From Daphnia carinata (Eukaryota), in NCBI RefSeq assembly GCF_022539665.2, contig NC_081332.1:2542001-2606000 (forward strand): a stretch of DNA of 64,000 nucleotides, written 5' to 3'. The notes beneath the pieces were generated by a model, which searched no databases, was not told where the DNA came from, and worked only from the letters and a program-made list of their open reading frames with translations. Shown piece by piece: positions 1 through 11,900 of this stretch; the stretch's first letter is position 1, and each line of letters begins with the position of its first letter. Both the position numbers and the translations under genes were made by a program.

Positions 1-3000
1 ATCGACGTAACTTTTCATTCTGCGTCGAATGGATTCATTCCCAGCGTTCTATCTCTAACCGTTCAAAAGTTAGCATTTTTAAAATTTTCAAAGCCATCTA
101 GCGGTCGCATTTCAAGTTATAATTAAATCAAACACATCTCAATCGACGTAACTTTTCATTCTGCGTCGAATGGATTCATTCCCAGCGTTCTAGCATATAC
201 GGTTCAAAAGTTAGCATTTTTAAAATTTTCAAAGCCATCTAGCGGTCGCATTTCAAGTTATAATTAAATCAAACACATCTCAATCGACGTAACTTTTCAT
301 TCTGCGTCGAATGGATTCATTCCCAGCGTTCTATCTCTAACCGTTCAAAAGTTAGCATTTTTAAAATTTTCAAAGCCATCTAGCGGTCGCATTTCAAGTT
401 ATAATTAAATCAAACACATCTCAATCGACGTAACTTTTCATTCTGCGTCGAATGGATTCATTCCCAGCGTTCTATCTCTAACCGTTCAAAAGTTAGCATT
501 TTTAAAATTTTCAAAGCCATCTAGCGGTCGCATTTCAAGTTATAATTAAATCAAACACATCTCAATCGACGTAACTTTTCATTCTGCGTCGAATGGATTC
601 ATTCCCAGCGTTCTATCTCTAACCGTTCAAAAGTTAGCATTTTTAAAATTTTCAAAGCCATCTAGCGGTCGCATTTCAAGTTATAATTAAATCAAACACA
701 TCTCAATCGACGTAACTTTTCATTCTGCGTCGAATGGATTCATTCCCAGCGTTCTATCTCTAACCGTTCAAAAGTTAGCATTTTTAAAATTTTCAAAGCC
801 ATCTAGCGGTCGCATTTCAAGTTATAATTAAATCAAACACATCTCAATCGACGTAACTTTTCATTCTGCGTCGAATGGATTCATTCCCAGCGTTCTATCT
901 CTAACCGTTCAAAAGTTAGCATTTTTAAAATTTTCAAAGCCATCTAGCGGTCGCATTTCAAGTTATAATTAAATCAAACACATCTCAATCGACGACGAAA
1001 CTTTCATTCTGCGTCGAATGGATTCATTCCCAGCGTTCTATCTCTAACCGTTCAAAAGTTAGCATTTTTAAAATTTTCAAAGCCATCTAGCGGTCGCATT
1101 TCAAGTTATAATTAAATCAAACACATCTCAATCGACGTAACTTTTCATTCTGCGTCGAATGGATTCATTCCCAGCGTTCTAGCATATACGGTTCAAAAGT
1201 TAGCATTTTTAAAATTTTCAAAGCCATCTAGCGGTCGCATTTCAAGTTATAATTAAATCAAACACATCTCAATCGACGTAACTTTTCATTCTGCGTCGAA
1301 TGGATTCATTCCCAGCGTTCTATCTCTAACCGTTCAAAAGTTAGCATTTTTAAAATTTTCAAAGCCATCTAGCGGTCGCATTTCAAGTTATAATTAAATC
1401 AAACACATCTCAATCGACGTAACTTTTCATTCTGCGTCGAATGGATTCATTCCCAGCGTTCTATCTCTAACCGTTCAAAAGTTAGCATTTTTAAAATTTT
1501 CAAAGCCATCTAGCGGTCGCATTTAAAGTTATAATTAAATCAAACACATCTCAATCGACGTAACTTTTCATTCTGCGTCGAATGGATTCATTCCCAGCGT
1601 TCTATCTCTAACCGTTCAAAAGTTAGCATTTTTAAAATTTTCAAAGCCATCTAGCGGTCGCATTTCAAGTTATAATTAAATCAAACACATCTCAATCGAC
1701 GTAACTTTTCATTCTGCGTCGAATGGATTCATTCCCAGCGTTCTAGCATATACGGTTCAAAAGTTAGCATTTTTAAAATTTTCAAAGCCATCTAGCGGTC
1801 GCATTTCAAGTTATAATTAAATCAAACACATCTCAATCGACGTAACTTTTCATTCTGCGTCGAATGGATTCATTCCCAGCGTTCTATCTCTAACCGTTCA
1901 AAAGTTAGCATTTTTAAAATTTTCAAAGCCATCTAGCGGTCGCATTTAAAGTTATAATTAAATCAAACACATCTCAATCGACGTAACTTTTCATTCTGCG
2001 TCGAATGGATTCATTCCCAGCGTTCTATCTCTAACCGTTCAAAAGTTAGCATTTTTAAAATTTTCAAAGCCATCTAGCGGTCGCATTTCAAGTTATAATT
2101 AAATCAAACACATCTCAATCGACGTAACTTTTCATTCTGCGTCGAATGGATTCATTCCCAGCGTTCTATCATATACGGTTCAAAAGTTAGCATTTTTAAA
2201 ATTTTCAAAGCCATCTAGCGGTCGCATTTCAAGTTATAATTAAATCAAACACATCTCAATCGACGTAACTTTTCATTCTGCGTCGAATGGATTCATTCCC
2301 AGCGTTCTATCTCTAACCGTTCAAAAGTTAGCATTTTTAAAATTTTCAAAGCCATCTAGCGGTCGCATTTCAAGTTATAATTAAATCAAACACATCTCAA
2401 TCGACGTAACTTTTCATTCTGCGTCGAATGGATTCATTCCCAGCGTTCTAGCATATACGGTTCAAAAGTTAGCATTTTTAAAATTTTCAAAGCCATCTAG
2501 CGGTCGCATTTCAAGTTATAATTAAATCAAACACATCTCAATCGACGTAACTTTTCATTCTGCGTCGAATGGATTCATTCCCAGCGTTCTATCTCTAACC
2601 GTTCAAAAGTTAGCATTTTTAAAATTTTCAAAGCCATCTAGCGGTCGCATTTCAAGTTATAATTAAATCAAACACATCTCAATCGACGTAACTTTTCATT
2701 CTGCGTCGAATGGATTCATTCCCAGCGTTCTATCTCTAACCGTTCAAAAGTTAGCATTTTTAAAATTTTCAAAGCCATCTAGCGGTCGCATTTCAAGTTA
2801 TAATTAAATCAAACACATCTCAATCGACGTAACTTTTCATTCTGCGTCGAATGGATTCATTCCCAGCGTTCTATCTCTAACCGGTTGAAAAGTTAGCATT
2901 TTTAAAATTTTCAAAGCCATCTAGCGGTCGCATTTCAAGTTATAATTAAATCAAACACATCTCAATCGACGTAACTTTTCATTCTGCGTCGAATGGATTC

Positions 3001-5995
3001 ATTCCCAGCGTTCTATCTCTAACCGTTCAAAAGTTAGCATTTTTAAAATTTTCAAAGCCATCTAGCGGTCGCATTTAAAGTTATAATTAAATCAAACACA
3101 TCTCAATCGACGTAACTTTTCATTCTGCGTCGAATGGATTCATTCCCAGCGTTCTATCTCTAACCGTTCAAAAGTTAGCATTTTTAAAATTTTCAAAGCC
3201 ATCTAGCGGTCGCATTTAAAGTTATAATTAAATCAAACACATCTCAATCGACGTAACTTTTCATTCTGCGTCGAATGGATTCATTCCCAGCGTTCTATCT
3301 CTAACCGTTCAAAAGTTAGCATTTTTAAAATTTTCAAAGCCATCTAGCGGTCGCATTTCAAGTTATAATTAAATCAAACACATCTCAATCGACGTAACTT
3401 TTCATTCTGCGTCGAATGGATTCATTCCCAGCGTTCTAGCATATACCGTTCAAAAGTTAGCATTTTTAAATTTTTCAAAGCCATCTAGCGGTCGCATTTC
3501 AAGTTATAATTAAATCAAACACATCTCAATCGACGTAACTTTTCATTCTGCGTCGAATGGATTCATTCCCAGCGTTCTAGCATATACGGTTCAAAAGTTA
3601 GCATTTTTAAAATTTTCAAAGCCATCTAGCGGTCGCATTTCAAGTTATAATTAAATCAAACACATCTCAATCGACGTAACTTTTCATTCTGCGTCGAATG
3701 GATTCATTCCCAGCGTTCTATCTCTAACCGTTCAAAAGTTAGCATTTTTAAAATTTTCAAAGCCATCTAGCGGTCGCATTTCAAGTTATAATTAAATCAA
3801 ACACATCTCAATCGACGTAACTTTTCATTCTGCGTCGAATGGATTCATTCCCAGCGTTCTATCTCTAACCGTTCAAAAGTTAGCATTTTTAAAATTTTCA
3901 AAGCCATCTAGCGGTCGCATTTCAAGTTATAATTAAATCAAACACATCTCAATCGACGTAACTTTTCATTCTGCGTCGAATGGATTCATTCCCAGCGTTC
4001 TATCTCTAACCGTTCAAAAGTTAGCATTTTTAAAATTTTCAAAGCCATCTAGCGGTCGCATTTCAAGTTATAATTAAATCAAACACATCTCAATCGACGT
4101 AACTTTTCATTCTGCGTCGAATGGATTCATTCCCAGCGTTCTATCTCTAACCGTTCAAAAGTTAGCATTTTTAAAATTTTCAAAGCCATCTAGCGGTCGC
4201 ATTTCAAGTTATAATTAAATCAAACACATCTCAATCGACGTAACTTTTCATTCTGCGTCGAATGGATTCATTCCCAGCGTTCTATCTCTAACCGTTCAAA
4301 AGTTAGCATTTTTAAAATTTTCAAAGCCATCTAGCGGTCGCATTTCAAGTTATAATTAAATCAAACACATCTCAATCGACGTAACTTTTCATTCTGCGTC
4401 GAATGGATTCATTCCCAGCGTTCTATCTCTAACCGTTCAAAAGTTAGCATTTTTAAAATTTTCAAAGCCATCTAGCGGTCGCATTTCAAGTTATAATTAA
4501 ATCAAACACATCTCAATCGACGTAACTTTTCATTCTGCGTCGAATGGATTCATTCCCAGCGTTCTATCTCTAACCGTTCAAAAGTTAGCATTTTTAAAAT
4601 TTTCAAAGCCATCTAGCGGTCGCATTTCAAGTTATAATTAAATCAAACACATCTCAATCGACGTAACTTTTCATTCTGCGTCGAATGGATTCATTCCCAG
4701 CGTTCTATCTCTAACCGTTCAAAAGTTAGCATTTTTAAAATTTTCAAAGCCATCTAGCGGTCGCATTTCAAGTTATAATTAAATCAAACACATCTCAATC
4801 GACGTAACTTTTCATTCTGCGTCGAATGGATTCATTCCCAGCGTTCTATCTCTAACCGTTCAAAAGTTAGCATTTTTAAAATTTTCAAAGCCATCTAGCG
4901 GTCGCATTTCAAGTTATAATTAAATCAAACACATCTCAATCGACGTAACTTTTCATTCTGCGTCGAATGGATTCATTCCCAGCGTTCTATCTCTAACCGT
5001 TCAAAAGTTAGCATTTTTAAAATTTTCAAAGCCATCTAGCGGTCGCATTTAAAGTTATAATTAAATCAAACACATCTCAATCGACGTAACTTTTCATTCT
5101 GCGTCGAATGGATTCATTCCCAGCGTTCTAGCATATACGGTTCAAAAGTTAGCATTTTTAAAATTTTCAAAGCCATCTAGCGGTCGCATTTCAAGTTATA
5201 ATTAAATCAAACACATCTCAATCGACGTAACTTTTCATTCTGCGTCGAATGGATTCATTCCCAGCGTTCTATATCTAACCGTTCAAAAGTTAGCATTTTT
5301 AAAATTTTCAAAGCCATCTAGCGGTCGCATTTCAAGTTATAATTAAATCAAACACATCTCAATCGACGTAACTTTTCATTCTGCGTCGAATGGATTCATT
5401 CCCAGCGTTCTATCTCTAACCGTTCAAAAGTTAGCATTTTTAAAATTTTCAAAGCCATCTAGCGGTCGCATTTCAAGTTATAATTAAATCAAACACATCT
5501 CAATCGACGTAACTTTTCATTCTGCGTCGAATGGATTCATTCCCAGCGTTCTATCTCTAACCGTTCAAAAGTTAGCATTTTTAAAATTTTCAAAGCCATC
5601 TAGCGGTCGCATTTAAAGTTATAATTAAATCAAACACATCTCAATCGACGTAACTTTTCATTCTGCGTCGAATGGATTCATTCCCAGCGTTCTAGCATAT
5701 ACGGTTCAAAAGTTAGCATTTTTAAAATTTTCAAAGCCATCTAGCGGTCGCATTTCAAGTTATAATTAAATCAAACACATCTCAATCGACGTAACTTTTC
5801 ATTCTGCGTCGAATGGATTCATTCCCAGCGTTCTATCTCTAACCGTTCAAAAGTTAGCATTTTTAAAATTTTCAAAGCCATCTAGCGGTCGCATTTCAAG
5901 TTATAATTAAATCAAACACATCTCAATCGACGTAACTTTTCATTCTGCGTCGAATGGATTCATTCCCAGCGTTCTAGCATATACGGTTCAAAAGT
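1..5995. repeat. 141-bp tandem satellite, ~42.5 copies, runs off the left edge of the window
   Basis: The monomer start ATCGACGTAACTTTTCATTC recurs at 1, 142, 283, 424 and onward. Copies are near-identical apart from two alternative internal blocks (TATCTCTAACC vs TAGCATATACG) and a CATTTCAAG/CATTTAAAG SNP. The array ends mid-monomer at ...GGTTCAAAAGT (5995). Confidence 0.98.
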
Positions 5996-8900
5996 AAAAG
6001 TAGGTACGATAGAAATTTAAGGCCCGAAAAAACAATAAGCCCGACTTTTACCTAAAAAATATTATCAATAAAACTAGATAACTATACATGATTTAGATGC
6101 TAAATTTAACAAGAATCACGAATTTGAAATTAGTTTTTATGTAGACTTTCTGGTTTTTGAGTTCTTTTAAATATAAAGTAGGTACGATAGAAATTTAAGG
6201 CCCGATTCCCGACGCTGTGATGTTCGTTTTCTGTGTTGTCAGAATAAGTTTTCCTACGTTAAGCATCCATATTTTTGAAGAAAGTGATGATGGTTTGATT
6301 CGCAGAGGAATCGTTTAATTCTTTTTTTGTCGTATTCCCCGAAAGAAACTAACAAATCCAATTAGGAACGAACAGCACACAGGGTGTTGTCGAAGAGGAA
6401 CACGTAGTCTAGATTATGAGAACAAATTTGAAATTCTAGACAATGCTCTTGAGCAATGTGTCCGTTGTAAGATTTATTTTCTATATTGGCATAATAGTAT
6501 TGTTAGAAAATCATGAATTGTTTTCTTCCTTTTAGGTTTTTGACTTCGTTTAATGTTGTGGCTGAATGGACAATGAGAGATTGAATCAACAACATATCAA
6601 GTGGGCAGCTCATGGTCAAACTCGTTTGGCATAAAGGTATCATTTAATTGGGAATATTTGTTCATGTCAATACAAGTATTTGCATAGGTTTTCTTCATAG
6701 GGGCTTTAGCACCAAACATTTTTTCTTCTTTAGGGTTTGTTAGATAAGGGTGGAGGCAGCTTTAACAATTTAGATCTAGCACCTATTAGACTGGTGGTGT
6801 TGGCCCCGTGAATCTTATCGTCTTCAAGCTGGGTGAAAAAACAATGAGTATTTAGTTATCAAAATTACCTGAGGCATGTGTAAATATTCTAATTATTCTT
6901 TGTTGAAGTTCAGTTGGTTTAGTGCAACATCCTCACAAAAATGGGACAAGACTTAACAAAAAGAGCATATAGATGCAGTGTCAAACTGTACCAGTGAGTA
7001 CCAGAGTAATGTGACAAACATTCATGATGGTGATTAATCTTCACACAGCTAACATTTAGTTGGTACTATTATATGTTTTATAAATTCAGTTATAATTTAA
7101 TTCATCTTGTTATTTAGTGGAATATAATTTATTTCAGTTTTTCTAATGCAGTTTGGAAGCCACTTGGAGTAAACCTTTCGTCAGTTACTCACAAAAAAAG
7201 ATTGGCAAATCTAGTCCTGAGAGATCACTTTTTTGTCAAGGAAATACTGGAAATTGGTATTGAAAAGGTCATTAACAGAAAATTTTTGTATTTCATCAGT
7301 TTATTCCTATATTTAACATGGTTGTTCAGAAATGCCATGGAATCTAAAAGCACTTGACAAAAAACATTTTGATTGTTCTCGTACCACATTAGATCGAAAT
7401 TGCTTGTCCAATGGTACCAATCCATTAATGAAAACAATCTATTAGACAAAAATGTATGATTGACTGATCATAATCTGTGTAAATTTTATATAATTCTTAT
7501 AATTCTAGGTATTCAACCATGGCATGTTGACCAGCTATCTGCGGAGTGAAAATCTACTTGACAGTGTTCAACCAGTTAAGTACATTTTACAAAAGATTCT
7601 GAGAATTGCAAAAGTTATGTGAACAAATTTTTTTGGAGAAATTCTAGGTAAAATGAAAGCCATTTCACAATACAGCTGAATAGCTATGAAATGCAACCAA
7701 TCCAGGAACTGAGTGTGTTGAACAACCAAACTTATCTTGGAGAGCTGCAGAAAGAGAATGGAACATTACCCTGCCAAACACCTGCTTCCAAATGGTAGTT
7801 TTAATTATTTGTTTTTACAAGATATATTCAGTCAATTCTTCAAAAACTGTTCTTTTTCACAGGTCAATGGCAGGGGTCTTATTCACTGTCTGATGAATTT
7901 AAGTTTAAACAAGATATTGCTTTTGATTACCTCTGCTGGTAACTTTTATATTCCTAGTTAAGATATGGCTTTCATCAAAAAGGGTTGAAACTAACATCTA
8001 ACTTTTTTTTCTTCTTCTCCAAAGAGCTGCTTAGGAAGTTAGCTAGAGTGACGAAGATGTGTCATCACAGCAGAATAAGTGTAAAAAGCAAGTTGTTCAG
8101 CAAAACGAGTGCCTTGCATTATTTACCACTATTTTACGATATTGAGCTGATGATACCTGGTAAACCTGCAATTTGTTTTTATGTAGACTTCATGGTTTTT
8201 GAGTTATGTCAAAAATAAAAGTAGGTACGATAGAAATTTAAGGCCCGAAAAAACAATAAGCCCGACTTTTAATTAAAAAATTATTATCAATAAAACTAGA
8301 TAATTATATATGATTTAGATGCTAAATTTAACTAGAATAAAACGAATATGAAATTAGATTTTTCATTTGTAGAATTTATGGTTTTTGAGTTATTTTAAAT
8401 ATAAAAGTAGGTACGATAGAAATTTAAGGCCCGAAAAACAATAAGCCCGACTTTTAACTAAAAAATTATTAACAATAAAACTAGATAATTATATATGATT
8501 TAGATGCTAAATTTAACAAAAATCACGAATTTGAAATTCATTTTTTTGTAGAATTTATGGTTTTTGAGTTATTTTAAATATAAAAGTAGGTACGATAGAC
8601 ATTTAAGGCCCGAAAAAACAATAAGCCCGACTTTTAGTTAAAAAATTATTATCAATAAAACTAGATAACTATATATGATTTAGATGCTAAATTTAACAAG
8701 AATCACGAATATGAAATTTGTTTGTATGTAGACTTAATGGTTTTTGAGTTATTTTAAATATAAAAGTAGGTACGATAGAAATTTAAGGCCCGAAAAAAAA
8801 CAATAAGCCCGACTTTTACCTAAAAAATATTATCAATAAAACTAGATAACTATGCATGATTTAGATGCTAAATTTAACAAGAATCACGAATTTGAAATTA

Positions 8901-11900
8901 GTTTTTATGTAGACTTTCTGGTTTTTGAGTTATTTTAAATATAAAGTAGGTACGATAGAAATTTAAGGCCCGATTCCCGAACGCTGTGATGTTCGTTTTC
9001 TGTGTTTTCAGAATAAGTTTTCCTATGTTAAGCATCCATATTTTTGAAGAAAGTGATGATGGTTTGTTTCGCAGAGGAATCGTTTAATTTTCTCTTTTTC
9101 TCGTATTCCCCGAAAGAAACTAAGAAATCCAATGAGGAACGAACAGCACACAGGGTGTTGTCGAAGAGGAACACGTAGTCTAGATTATGAGAACAAATTT
9201 GAAATTCTAGACAATGCTCTTGAGCAATGTGTCCGTTGTAAGATTTATTTTCTATATTGGCATAATAGTATTGTTAGAAAATCATGAATTGATTTCTTCC
9301 TTTTAGGTTTTTGACTTCGTTTAATGTTGTGGCTGAATTGGACAATGAGAGATTGAATCAACAACATATCAAGTGGGCAGCTCATGGTCAAACTCGTTTG
9401 GCATAAAGGTATCATTTAATTGGGAATATTTGTTCATGTCAATACAAGTATTTGCATAGGTTTTCTTCATAGGGGCTTTAGCACCAAACATTTTTCTTCT
9501 TTAGGGTTTGTTAGATAAGGGTGGAGGCAGCTTTAACAATTTAGATCTAGCACCTATTAGACTGGTGGTGTTGGCCCCGTGAATCTTATCGTCTTCAAGC
9601 TGGGTGAAAAAACAATGAGTATTTAGTTATCAAAATTACCTGAGGCATGTGCAAATATTCAAATAATTCTTCGTTGAAGTTCAGTTGGTTTCGTGCAACA
9701 TCCTCACAAAAATGCAACAAGACTTAACAAATAGAGCATATAGATGCAGTGTCGATCTGTACCAGTGAGTACCAGAGTAATGTGACAAGCATTCATGATG
9801 GTGATTAATCTTCACACAGCTAACATTTAGTTGGTACTATTATATGTTTTATAAATTCAGTTATAATTTAATTCAGCTTGTTATTTAGTGGAATATAATT
9901 TATTTCAGTTTTTCTGATGCAGTTTGGAAGCCACTTGGAGTAAACCTTTCGTCAGTTACTCACAAAAAAAGATTGGCAAATCTGGTCCTGAGAGATCACT
10001 TTTTTTGTCAAGGAAATACTGGAAATTGGTATTGAAAAGGTCATTAACAGAAAATTTTTGTATTTAATCAGTTTATTCTTATATTTAACATGGTTGTTCA
10101 GAAATGCCATGGAATCTAAAAGCACTTGACAAAAAAAACATTTTGATTGTTCTCGTACCTGCATTAGATCGAAATTGCTTGTCCAATGGTACCAATTCAT
10201 TAATGAAAACAATCTATTAGACAAAAATGTATGATTGACTGATCATCATCTGTGTAAATTTATATATAATTCTTATAATTCTAGGTATTCAACCATGGCA
10301 TGTTGACCAGCTATCTGCGGAGTGAAAATCTACTTGACAGTGTTCAACCAGTTAAGTAGCTGAATAGCTATGAAACACAACCAATCCAGGAACTGAGTGT
10401 GTTGAACAACCACACTTATCTTGGAGAGCTGCAGAAAGAGAATGGAACATTACCCTGCCAAACACCTGCTTCCAAATGGTAGTTTTAATTATTTGTTTTT
10501 ACAAGATATATTCAGTCAATTCTTCGAAAAACTGTTCTTTTTCACAGGTCAATGGCAGGGGTCTTATTCACTGTCTGATGAATTTAACTTTAAACAAGAT
10601 ATTGCTTTTGATTACCTCTGCTGGTAACTTTTATATTCCTAGTTAAGATGTGGCTTTCATCAAAAAGGGTTGAAACTAACATCTAACTTTTTTTTTCTTC
10701 TTCTCCAAAGAGCTGCTTAGGAAGTTAGCTAGAGTGACGAAGATGTGTCATCACAGCAGAATAAGTGTAAAAAGCAAGTTGTTCAGCAAAATGAGTGCCT
10801 TGCATTATTTACCACTATTTTACGATATTGAGCTGATGATACCTGGTAAACCTGCAATTTGTTTTTATGTAGACTTCATGGTTTTTGAGTTATGTCCAAA
10901 ATAAAAGTAGGTACGATAGAAATTTAAGGCCCGAAAGAACAATAAGCCCGACTTTTAACTAAAAAATTATTATCAATAAAACTAGATAATTATACATGAT
11001 TTAGATGCTAAATTTAACAAGAATCACGAATATGAAATTAGTTTTTATGTAGACTTTATGGTTTTTGAGTTATTTTAAATATAAAAGTAGGTACGATAGA
11101 AATTTAAGGCCCGAACAAACAATAAGCCCGACTTTTAACTAAAAAAATATTATCAATAAAATTAGAAAACTATATATGATTTAGATGCTAAATTTAACAA
11201 GAATCACGAATATGAAATTCGTTTTTTTGTAGAATTTATGGTTTTTGAGTTATTTTAAATATAAAAGTAGGTACGATAGACATTTAAGGCCCGAAAAAAC
11301 AATAAGCCCGACTTTTAGTTAAAAAATTATTATCGATAAAACTAGATAACTATATGTGATTTAGATGCTAAATTTAACAAGAATCACGAATATGAAATTT
11401 GTTTGTATGTAGACTTAATGGTTTTTGAGTTATTTTAAATATAAAAGTAGGTACGATAGAAATTTAAGGCCCGAAAAAAAACAATAAGCCCGACTTTTAC
11501 CTAAAAAATATTATCAATAAAACTAGATAACTATATACGATTTAGATGCTAAATTTAACAAGAATCCCGAATTTGAAATTAGTTTTTATGTAGACTTTCT
11601 GGTTTTTGAGTTATTTTAAATATAAAGTAGGTACGATAGAAATTTAAGGCCCGATTCCCGAACGCTGTGATGTTCGTTTTCTGTGTTTTCAGAATAAGTT
11701 TTCCTATGTTAAGCATCCATATTTTTGAAGAAAGTGATGATGGTTTGTTTCGCAGAGGAATCGTTTAATTTTCTTTTTTTCTCGTATTACCCGAAAGAAA
11801 CTAAGAAATCCAATGAGGAACGAACAGCACACAGGGTGTTGTCGAAGAGGAACACGTAGTCTAGATTATGAGAACAAATTTGAAATTCTAGACAATGCTC

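Noticed and set aside
1..5995. CRISPR-like appearance of regular repeats
   Set aside because: Whole monomers are repeated with no unique spacers, there are no cas genes, and the context is eukaryotic.
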